Source: Squalus acanthias (Eukaryota). From it: DNA of 64,000 bases. Of the stretch, positions 12,818-23,122 are shown one piece after another. Location of the stretch: NCBI GenBank assembly GCA_030390025.1, contig CM059432.1, positions 137,890,001-137,954,000 of the forward strand, written 5' to 3'. Numbering within the stretch: position 1 is the stretch's first letter; the number at the start of each line of letters is the position of its first letter. Both the position numbers and the translations under genes were made by a program. The notes under the pieces were generated by a model that saw only the letters and a program-made list of their open reading frames with translations, was not told where the DNA came from and searched no databases.

Positions 12818-13641
12818 AATGACACCTCCTTCAGTGGTCCGGTTCCTTTTTCTTGGCCTTCTGCTGCTTGCTGAGACAGCTGCAGAACCAGCAATGCTGA
12901 GAATGAGGTTCTGAAGCATCAATGAACCTCCCCTTGAAGAACTGGAAAGAGCCTGTGGCAATGATGAATTGTGATTAGACTGCACCTGAAATTGCTTAGC
13001 GCTTTGAGTCTAACGGCACTGAGCTAGATCATTGGTGCTTGATTTAGCGCTCCCATCCTTTCTTTGAGCGATGACACTGAATTTTGCGTGCAGCGAGATT
13101 CATTAGCGCCTGGCGCTAAATCCCAAACTCTTCAGAAGTTAGCGCCCAATCCTGGGCGATAATGAATTTCACCCCCCCCCGATTTTAAATGCTCCACCAT
13201 TGGTGGTCGTGCCTTCAGCTGCCTAGGTCCTAAGCTCTGGAACTCCCTCCTAAATCTCTCCTCTCTCCACTTCTCTTTCCTTCTTTAAGACGCTCCTTAA
13301 AACCTACCTCTTCGACCAAGCTTTTGGTCATCTGCCCTAACATCTCCTTATATGGCTCGGTGTCAAATTTAGTTTTTTTTTGATAACACTCCTGTGAAGT
13401 GCCTTGGGACGTTTTATTACTTTAAAGGCGCGATATAAATATAAGTTGTTGTTGTTATTATAATTACTGACCCGCCTCTCAAGAGCAGGTTATTCGACCG
13501 GCCCTGAACCTGCCCCCCAGTTAAACCAAAAGTAGGCGTGTTAACGGCGGGTTGGGGTTTTCCATTTTTTCAATTTGAGCCCCCCACCCAACCCTCTCCC
13601 GCCCATCATGGGGGTGGGCAACGGCTGTTAAAATTAGGCCC

Positions 13642-13810
13642 GTAGAATTACATCGAATGTACGGCACAGAAACAGGCCATTTGGCCCAACTGGTCCGTGC
13701 TGGTGTTTCTGCTCCACCTCCCACCCCTCTTCATCTCACCCTATCAACATATCCTTCTATTCCTTTCTGCCTCGTGTGTTTATCTAGCTTCCCCTTAAAT
13801 ACATCTATGC
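13642..13810 (-). mobile_element. CR1 3' end fragment
   Basis: GGCACAGAAACAGGCCAT matches the CR1 3' end at 6140-6300. Confidence 0.75.
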
Positions 13811-14440
13811 TAGCCGCGAGCGATAGCAGGCATGCTTTAGGTATAAATTAAAGCGTAAAAGCTGCCAGGACCTCCTTATCTTGACGATTTGTAAATAATT
13901 GTGCAGTTTAACATGAATGTCAACATTTTTCACATAGTTCAGTAATGTCACTGGTCTAAATTTACGCTCTACAATTGAACATAAATAATCCATTAAAAGC
14001 ACAGCGATAGCCTATAGTGCGGTTCTGATGATTCTGTATGAAGCTCAGTCATTTTTTAAGCATGCTTTTCTTTTTTCCTCTGCAAATGTTAGATCAAAAG
14101 GCAGCGTGCAAGTTGTGTATTTACTTTACAGACCTTCATTTACTCAGAATAGACGACCACAGACTCTGCTCTTGATAAAACTGTAGCAATTTTCAACTTT
14201 TAATACAAATCTCTCAAAGATAGTTTCACCAATAATGCCTGGCTTGTGGTAAATATTTATCGGACGCCAAGCTGGAGTTTGACTAACGAGTAGTAATCAA
14301 GAAAGATTTGCTGCTTAATGTTGCTTTGCTAAGTAGCCCATTTATTGCATAAAAGAAGAAAGACTTGCATTTAAACCACGCCTTTCATGACCTCAGGACG
14401 TCTCAACTGCGCTTTACAACCAATGAAGTACTTTTGAAGT

Positions 14441-14729
14441 AAAAACAGAAAATGCTGGAGATACTCAGCAGGTCAGGCAGCATCTGTGGAGAGAGAAACA
14501 GAGTTAACGTTTCAGGTCGATGACCTTTCGTCAGAACTGGAAATAAGCAGGAAATGGAACGGATTTTTAACAAGGTAAAAGAGACAAACGGAAATCCCGT
14601 CGGAGAGAAGAGCAAAACTTCTTCAAGGTGGGCATTCCTGGAAGAGACGTGGCAGTGAACCAAACACTAATACAAAAAGAAAATACTGCAGATGCTGGAA
14701 ATCTGAAATAAAAACAGAAAATGCTGGAG
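14441..14729 (-). mobile_element. Short Penelope-like / retrozyme-like insertion
   Basis: Terminal direct repeat with period 269, ~13-bp target duplication AGTACTTT(T)GAAGT, hammerhead core. Confidence 0.75.
14499..14540 (-). ncRNA. Minimal type I hammerhead ribozyme
   Basis: Minus strand ccAGTT-CTGACGA-a-AGGTC-atc-GACCT-GAAA-CGTT-AACTctg: conserved core, 5-bp stem II, 4-bp stem I, palindromic AACGTT in place of stem III. Confidence 0.8.
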
Positions 14730-14753
14730 TACTTTGAAGTGTAGACACTGTTG

Positions 14754-15437
14754 CAATGTTTCTCAAACCGGGGTCCGCGAACCCCTGGGGGTCCGCGACC
14801 AGAGGTGATTTTAAGCCTGCTCCTCTTTATAAAACCGACACCGATTCAGTTCTTGCGAATTATTCTCAATGGCTGGGCCCGGCTCCTCACAGAGGCCCAC
14901 AGCTCTCTGTCACTTTGCAACGAGCGCTCTCTGCCATTTGAGCCGATTCCTCTCCCTGGCCATCCTCTCGACACGTGATCAGAGTGCCTGCGGGGCCCTT
15001 CATACAAGTGCCTGAACGTGTTCACCCAAACACGCACAATCCCACGGTGCAGCTATTACAGAACATGCCAGTGGGGACAGTGTGACGGTGAGTCACGCTT
15101 CCAGCAGCATCCCAGCATGTGAATGGGTGCTCGTGCCCTCACTCACCTTGGCCAGCCTGCTGACGGCTTTAAAAATTGTCCAGCACTAAGTGGCTAATAG
15201 TGACCATCTGTTCCTGCGGAGTACCCAGAATAGGTGTGAGAAGCAGGCACACCCATGGCACTGATATCTGTAAGTAAATACCTATTTTCTTAAAAGCATT
15301 ATGAAAACACTCTTTACTTGCAGCACTTTCATATTATGAGTATTATATAGTATTATAATTTAGATGGGGGGGGGGGTCCGTGGTTACTAATCCATTTGAA
15401 AAGGGGTCCTTCAAACAAAAAAGTTTGAGAGCCACTG
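14754..15437. mobile_element. hAT (Charlie-like) non-autonomous element
   Basis: TIRs CAATGTTTCTCAAAC / GTTTGAGAGCCACTG (12/15), subterminal GGGGTCCG repeats; no clean TSD. Confidence 0.7.
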
Positions 15438-16053
15438 ATGTAGGAAACATGGCAGACAATGTGTACACAGCAAGATCCCACAAACAGCGACGTGAATACC
15501 CGCTGTGTTCAAAATAATTCGTCGTGCAGTGTTTTAAGACATTTCAACATAATAAGGCAAGCGCATAAATGCAAACGTTGTATTTTTATATTAACTAATA
15601 TTATGTTAAAAAAATGCAACCAGCTCAAATGGTTCAATTTAGATACTGAATTTACCACAACCTTAATGGGCAAATTTGTCAAGGAAAATACTCTTTGAGA
15701 CATGGAATTGATTGAGAAATAGTTTTCTAAGTGACTGCAGCTGTTGTTTTGTGGGTGGAAGTCTCGTAAGGCTTTAATCATTTGTTGGTTTTTCTTTGTT
15801 CTCAAAGACTGTATTGTGCATGCGTTAGTGGCATCAGGAAATACCTTTACTGTTTTCTACGATTTCCCTGAGGCACCATTCTGTTATTGAAACGCACTGA
15901 AATAAATTGTTTGTAAAAGACTTCATGTCAGGAATGCTGGATTCATGTTTATTCGGACGGCAGAAGTTTTTTTGGTGGAGGGTTAGGGATTGTAACCGTG
16001 GCTGAGGAAATCAGCAGAAATAATATGGTACAGACTTAAATGTACAAGATAAA

Positions 16054-17494
16054 GACCTGAAATTTCCTCGCCAAGAGCATGCGGTAGAATTTCCACTCTG
16101 CTGCGATGGATTTTTCACCGCAATTCGCCCGAAATCAGCCAGATCCGCGCATAAGATTGCAGAATTTTAAGTGCAACTTACGTTCAGCGCAAATCGAGTC
16201 GCTGCCATCTTTTGCGCTAGTTTAAAAAAAAATTGTGCTCGAAGCTGGTGCCGCCCACAAAACAGGCCGCGCTCCCCCCCCAAATCCCCCCCCAGGATGA
16301 ATTATTCACCATTGGGAGTTTCTGCTAATTGTGCTCATTTGCAGGCCTTCGAGGAGGCTCTTAAAATTCTGGGCACAAGGACACTAATGGGTATGTTTTA
16401 AAAGCTTTTGAATGTAATTTTTTTTTTAATTCACTAAGAAACCGACTACTGTACACCAATATAACTAGCAAATCGTTCTGTATATTTTTTAAGAGTCATT
16501 TTCAGCCATTTAAAATTGCCTTACTCTCAGGTGGTGGATTGACACTGTGAATATAAATGCTTACTTTTTTGTGATAAACCCATTATAAGCTGTATTAATC
16601 AAACTGCACCAAGTCACCACACTTAAATACATCAAGGAATATTTTAAAAAGCAATATTTTTAAAAAAATTACGTTTTAAAACATTGCCCGACTCTGCAGG
16701 TCCATGGCAGATTTTGCATTCGGCGATATGCAAATGAGTTTAAGCGGAAACCCGTGGAAAAACACTTCTCAAATCAGGCGCAGTTTGGGCTGCGAAATGC
16801 AATTAAAGCCGAAACTCCAGCCCCTGGGGGGGTTCGAGAAAATTTGCATGTAAGTGACTTAGTCTGGTTTTACGCTACACCCTCGCTACGCGGAAATTTC
16901 CTCAATCATTTGCGGCACTCCGAGTTATATCCGCCCCAACCCCACTTATCTCATTAACATGGCCCCCTCCCCCCACCCCACCAGGCAAAGATCAGAGAAT
17001 GAGAGTTTCCTGCATTTACGCCAGTACTGTATACGCCCATAATGTTAAGTGCAACAGAAGCCAAAGTGACTATTTCTGGTAGGTTTTATCAATGATTTTT
17101 CTTTTATTTCTCCTTACTGAGCCCTGCACTATAGTTATAGCTTTAAATTCATTTTTAAGACATCGGAATCTGTCACATTAAAAAGAAAAGAAATCTCCCA
17201 CAATTGAATTGTCTTAAATAGGCTGCGCTTAATGAGCATAAATGATGGTTTGATGATTTGAAACTTTAATTTTCATAACATCAATAAAATAAAGAAGGAC
17301 TTAAAGAAGAGAGGTGGGATATGTTCGGCGATTTCATTGGGCCCCGACTGTTTCCGATTGTTTCCTGCTGCTTTTTACGTCCCAGAAAAATTCCAATGCC
17401 CTTCTGAGGAAATTTCACGCAAGTTGCCATCGGCAATTTCGGCGTAAATTTCAGCGTCATTTCGGCGTAAGTTGGATGCAGGAAATTCCATCCC
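16054..17494. mobile_element. Probable Harbinger-type MITE
   Basis: Imperfect TIRs GACCTGAAATTTCCT / AGGAAATTCCATCCC, AAA on both flanks, GC-rich ends with an AT-rich interior. Confidence 0.45.
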
Positions 17495-18664
17495 AAAATG
17501 TAGCAAGTTCCCTGCCCAAATAGCAGAGGGAACGTTTCGTGAATTTTTTTAGCAATCCCTTCAGCGTTCTTGCAGAGCAGAATTCGGAAAGTCTGGCTGC
17601 GGAATCCTGCCATTTCTGTTGCAGAATCCCATCTGTTAAAAAAAAGACGGAATCAATCACACACCCGGTTAAGCCTGTTCAGGGTTTAATTCATCTCACT
17701 GGGGGCTAATTGATAGCATTTTTTTTTTAAGAGTAAAACATTAAATGAAACGTTGTGTTAAGCAGAAGCTGTTCTTGGTCCTGTCTCGGTTTAGCTGTTG
17801 CTCGATCGATCGATCGCGACACAGTGGATTTACATCTGGCGGGGTCAGTACCACCAGCAGAATTCAGGTGAGCGAGCGACGAGAAATTGGGCTTTTGGAA
17901 TTTGTACCTTGGTCCCTGCGATGAACATGCCCCGGGGTCAGTTTCCCTCTGACTGTACACCTGCATCATTCACTCCTACTCATTCCGAGTGGAAACCGAA
18001 ATATGCCTGCATCCAGCATACATCTTAGTGGGCTTGTTCACATTGGCAATGCTGTGGGGAAGTTCCATCCATTATAAACAGATATATAAAGGAAAGCTGG
18101 TCAAAGTTTCAATTTAAAGAGACACAGAGGAAACCACTTGAATTTTTCAGCTAGTTTTTAAGAGTATTAATGGATACATTTCCGTTACAACTCATGTTTG
18201 GCATGTAACTTGATCATTTATTTACATTTCAGTTAATGTTTAACATACCAATCTACCTCCCCCCGCCCCCGCCCAGCTAATGTTAATGTATTTTCTGGAT
18301 CGGAGCTTGGATGGAATGTTTGTGAAACAAGAAAAGAAACAGAACAAAAATGGTTGCCAGTGTAAGGCGAAAGATTGCTGTGAAGGAAAATCTTGCCAAG
18401 CGTTCTTCGAAAGAGGAAGATCCTGTTCGTTTAGTAGGTAGTAATTTGGGGCAAAAGTGAGGTATTTACAGCATTGGGGGTGGGGCGAAATTTGGGGCGT
18501 GATTTAGATGCGCCGAAGTTACACCTGTTCCATAGTACACGCTAAATTCCAGTAGATTGTCTACTGGCAGAAGATACGTCTGTCGCCAAAGCGTTAGCAT
18601 GTCTGCGCATGACAGGATAACGGGGGCAACAGCTCTTTGGGATAATTTTAATGTAGTTTCAAAA

Positions 18665-18990
18665 ATATCATTCTTGGGATATGGGCATCGCTGACAAGGC
18701 CGACGTTTACTGCCCATCCCTAGGTGCCCTTTGAGAAGCTGGTGGTGGTCAGCCTTCTCCGTGAACGACTGCAGTCCCTTGTGGTGAAGGTGCTCCCACA
18801 GTGTGCTTAGGTAGGGAATTCCAGGATTTTGACCAGCCGGGTTAAAGGAATGGCCAATATATGTCCAAGTTGGGATGGTGTGCGATTCGGAGGGGAATTT
18901 GAAGGTGATGGCATTCCCATGCGCCTGCTGCCCCTGCTGACGGAGGTCACGGGTTTGGGAGGTGGTGTCGAAGTCGGAAAACTGGCAGTT
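18665..18990 (-). mobile_element. LINE 3' end fragment (CR1 group)
   Basis: Homologous to 27645-27858. Confidence 0.65.
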
Positions 18991-19254
18991 GCAGATCGAC
19001 AGCCCGTTATACACACCACCCGATTTTCCTTTCCATTGCAGTCAATGCCTCGGGATTGCCTCTCCTCCCCTCATAACATTTAACTCCTGGCTCAGCTCTG
19101 TAGAGGAGCTGTTGGATTCCGTCCCCCCCGCCACCCCCCCCCCCCCGAAATTGTTAAGTGTTGGCAGCTTGCCAATCCAATTCAAATAAGGCTCATCCGC
19201 GAAAATGGTTCAGGCCTCTTGCTAGTGCGATCGGGCGGGCGGTGTGGTGGCTCT

Positions 19255-21307
19255 ACCCACTGCCCACTGCCCTCTGCCCACTGCCCACTGCCCTCTGCCC
19301 TCTGCCCTCTGCCCACTGCCCACTGCCCTCTGCCCACTTCCCACTGCCCACTGCCCACTGCCCTCTGCCCACTGCCCTCTGCCCACTGCCCACTTCCCTC
19401 TGCCCTCTGCCCACTGCCCACTCCCCCCTGCCCTCTGCCCACTGCCCACTGCCCACTTCCCTCTGCCCACTGCCCACTGCCCACTGCCCACTGCCCTCTG
19501 CCCACTGCCCACTTCCCTCTGCCCTCTGCCCACTTCCCACTGCCCACTGCCCTCTGCCCACTGCCCTCTGCCCTCTGCCCACTGCCCTCTGCCCACTTCC
19601 CACTGCCCACTGCCCTCTGCCCTCTGCCCACTGCCCACTGCCCACTCCCCCCTGCCCTCTGCCCACTGCCCACTGCCCACTGCCCACTGCCCTCTGCCCA
19701 CTGCCCTCTGCCCTCTGCCCTCTGCCCACTGCCCTCTGCCCACTTCCCACTGCCCACTGCCCTCTGCCCTCTGCCCACTGCCCACTGCCCACTCCCCCCT
19801 GCCCTCTGCCCTCTGCCCACTTCCCTCTGCCCTCTGCCCACTTCCCACTGCCCACTGCCCACTGCCCTCTGCCCACTGCCCTCTGCCCTCTGCCCACTGC
19901 CCTCTGCCCACTTCCCACTGCCCACTGCCCTCTGCCCTCTGCCCACTGCCCACTGCCCACTCCCCCCTGCCCTCTGCCCACTGCCCACTGCCCACTGCCC
20001 ACTGCCCTCTGCCCACTGCCCACTGCCCTCTGCCCTCTGCCCTCTGCCCTCTGCCCACTGCCCACTGCCCTCTGCCCACTTCCCACTGCCCTCTGCCCAC
20101 TGCCCACTGCCCACTCCCCCCTGCCCTCTGCCCACTGCCCACTGCCCTCTGCCCACTGCCCACTGCCCACTGCCCTCTGCCCACTGCCCTCTGCCCACTG
20201 CCCACTGCCCTCTGCCCACTTCCCACTGCCCTCTGCCCACTGCCCACTGCCCTCTGCCCACTGCCCTCTGCCCTCTGCCGACTGCCCACTGCCCTCTGCC
20301 CACTTCCCACTGCCCACTGCCCATTGCCCTCTGCCCACTGCCCTCTGCCCACTGCCCTCTGCCCTCTGCCCTCTGCCCTCTGCCCACTGCCCACTGCCCA
20401 CTTCCCACTTCCCACTGCCCTCTGCCCACTGCCCACTGCCCACTGCCCTCTGCCCACTGCCCACTGCCCACTGCCCACTCCCCCCTGCCCTCTGCCCACT
20501 GCCCACTGCCCACTGCCCTCTGCCCACTGCCCACTGCCCACTGCCCTCTGCCCACTGCCCACTGCCCACTGCCCACTGCCCTCTGCCCACTGCCCACTGC
20601 CCACTGCCCACTGTCCACTGTCCACTGCCCTCTGCCCTCTGCCCACTGCCCACTGCCCTCTGCCCACTGCCCTCTGCCCTCTGCCCACTGCCCTCTGCCC
20701 TCTGTCCACTGTCCACTGCCCTCTGCCCTCTGCCCACTGTCCACTGTCCACTGCCCTCTGCCCACTGCCCACTGCCCTCTGCCCACTGCCCACTGCCCTC
20801 TGCCCACTTCCCACTGCCCACTTCCCACTGCCCACTGCCTTCTGCCCACTGCCCACTGTCCACTGCCCACTGTCCACTGCCCTCTGCCCACTGCCCACTG
20901 CCCTCTGCCCACTGCCCACTTCCCACTGCCCACTGCCCTCTTCCCTCTGCCCACTCCCCCCTGCCCTCTGCCCATTGCCCACTGCCCACTGCCCTCTGCC
21001 CTCTGCCTACTGCCCACTGCCCACTGCCCTCTGCCCACTGCCCTCTGCCCACTGCCCGCTGCCCACTGCCCTCTGCCCACTGCCCGCTGCCCTCTGCCCG
21101 CTGCCCACTGCCCTCTGCCCGCTGCCCACTGCCCTCTGCCCTCTGCCCGCTGCCCACTGCCCTCTGCCCGCTGCTCACTGCCCTCTGCCCACTGCCCACT
21201 GCCCGCTGCCCTCTGCCTGCTGCCCTCTGCCAGATGCCCGCTGTCCGCTGTCCGCTGCCCACTGCCCTCTGCCCGCTGCCCACTGCCCACTGCCCACTGT
21301 CCGCTGC
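19255..21307. repeat. ~2.05 kb 7-bp minisatellite (TGCCCAC/TGCCCTC)n, about 290 units
   Basis: Read directly; explains the six long low-complexity ORFs. Confidence 0.98.
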
Positions 21308-21339
21308 GTTTTACATTTAAATATCAGCCCCATAGAGTG

Positions 21340-21555
21340 TCTTGTTACGATCTAGTGCTACCTGAAAGGGTGATGGAAGCAGATTCAACAGTAACTTTCA
21401 AAAGAGAATTGGATAAATACTTGAAAATGAGAAACTTGCAGGGCTATGGGGAAAGAGCAGGGGGAGTGGGATTAACTGGGTAGCTCTTTCAAAGAGCCGG
21501 CACAGGCACAGGCACGATGGGCCGAATGGCCTCCATCTGTGCTGTATGATTCTAC
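21340..21555 (+). mobile_element. CR1 3' end fragment
   Basis: [22 protein letters not shown] and GGGCCGAATGGCC 3' UTR. Confidence 0.8.
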
Positions 21556-22129
21556 AAGAATAATGTACACAGGATACTATTTGTCAACTTTTAGCAACAA
21601 AAGAAAATTAAGTAACATCCTCCTATGAGTCACGCATTGGATCACTTCAGTTCGGATGTCACAGTACATCAAGAAATGCTCAGTTCCTGTTCACTCATCA
21701 ACTCCTCGTCAAGATTCTGCACAAATAGAAACACTTAAAAAAAAAATAACTGGCAAGTTACGTGTGTATTGTATCACTGTAACAGGATTGTGACACAGCC
21801 TAAGAATTCCGTGGAGTTCATAACAGGAGCAAAACCCAACGAGCATTTGGTGTCATCTGATAACCTGTCAATTATCTCAACAACTTGTCAACACATTGCA
21901 AGGAATTTGATATTCAATCTCATTTATATTACCACTTGCTCATCACTGAATTCCCAAAAGGACCAAACAATTGCTATGTGTTTCATTCCACAATAGATGT
22001 TGTTTAATATCATTACTTGTCCAGTCTGAAGTGTCCCAGATATATACAACTAATCTAAATTTAGTGTACAAACCCCTCCAAACCTTCTCTTATGATCCAT
22101 GATCTGATTGCATGGTGGAGCAGGCTGAA

Positions 22130-22280
22130 TGTTTTTATTAGATTTTTGGATACTAAGGAATATGGGGATAGTGCGGGAAGGTGGAGTTGAGGCAGAAGAT
22201 CAGCCATGATCTTATTGAATGGCGGAGCAGGGCTCGAAGGGCCGAATGGCCTACTCCTGCTCCTGCTCCTATGTTCTTAT
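22130..22280 (+). mobile_element. CR1 3' end fragment
   Basis: Matches 30450-30600. Confidence 0.8.
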
Positions 22281-23122
22281 ATTCTCGCACCTAGTGCAGC
22301 CATGAATTGGCTATCATTGTTTCTAAGATTTATACACTTGTATCCAAAAAAGACAGAAATTAAACTTACAGAGAAATTAGAACATTTTGTATCTAATGGG
22401 AGTGAATATGGAAATGTAAATTGTAATGCAGGCGTGTGTTTATCTAAATTCCACTGTATTAGTACAGTATGTGACTGTTAATTAATCTTTTAATCTCCTC
22501 ATCTGCTTTGCAAGATTTCTGTAACCTCCTTCTCACTTTGCCATTTTATTTCATTGCGGTACATCTGTCTCTTAGTTTCGTCTAAGTTTCAGTTTTAGAT
22601 CTTACATGATAGTACAGGCATATTGCCCAGTGACTGATAACCCAGAACAGTCATAGCAAAACAAGCTAGTTTGCAAAAATATACGGCTGCTGTGCTTTGC
22701 AGACAGAAGAGAAAGCATTTATTAAAGGTGTACTAGGGTAGAAAACCCACAACTTGGGGGAGTGGAATTCAGGCACAGATGTGGCAGAGGTGGGTGGGGG
22801 AGGCCAGAATTTTAGACGTAGGCTTGATGTGCTGAATATCTTTCCTAGTTGAGTTCAGCAGAAAATCCACATCCATAGGATGCTTCCTCTGTGTCCCTGC
22901 AGCAGTTTGGGTGCATGTCTGGGTGGGGTGTTCCTGGGCTACCTTAGCCCCCATCTCCAGCCACCCTTTTGTCTCAAAGTCCTTGAACATGTAGTCACCT
23001 CCCATATCTGTGCTCATCTCTCTTGCAATTAAGCTTCCACTGCACTGAAACAGCCCAAAACTAAATGTTGCGAATAACTTTTTCTCCTCAACCTTTCTGC
23101 AACCTTTGATGTACTTAATCAA

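Larger units (their letters stand above)
9153..13176 (+). mobile_element. PIF/Harbinger DNA transposon 1 (full length, defective)
   Basis: TIRs GGGGGAGAAATTC / GAATTTCACCCCC; L2 host is continuous across it; convergent transposase and Myb-like genes. Confidence 0.92.
5016..13455 (+). mobile_element. L2 LINE (EN+RT pseudo-ORF2 and 3' end), interrupted by a CR1 and a Harbinger
   Basis: NVRSL/LTETWL EN motifs at ~5335-5420, RT remnants at 7940-9150, 3' end resumes at 13181 with a (GTT)n tail; homologous to 63100-64000. Confidence 0.9.
4346..13641. mobile_element. Non-autonomous Harbinger-like element split by the L2 insertion (own sequence ~4346-5015 and 13456-13641)
   Basis: Weak TIRs GGCCACAATATTT / AAAATTAGGCCC; both flanks carry the same CR1-tail repeat (TAGTATTACATC / TAGAATTACATC); internal GGGGAAGAGAGATC repeats at 4620-4815. 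Confidence 0.5.
14355..15490 (-). mobile_element. Deu-SINE 3' part hosting a Penelope-like and a hAT insertion
   Basis: SINE tail pieces at 14355-14440, 14728-14753 and 15438-15490 are colinear. Confidence 0.75.

Noticed and set aside
17790..18440. Possible exons (CAG/GTGAG donor near 17868; short frame near 18350)
   Set aside because: Translations unrecognised and no consistent acceptor/donor chain
19158..21483. Six ORFs of 586-754 aa
   Set aside because: Artefact of a stop-free 7-mer repeat; open in every frame
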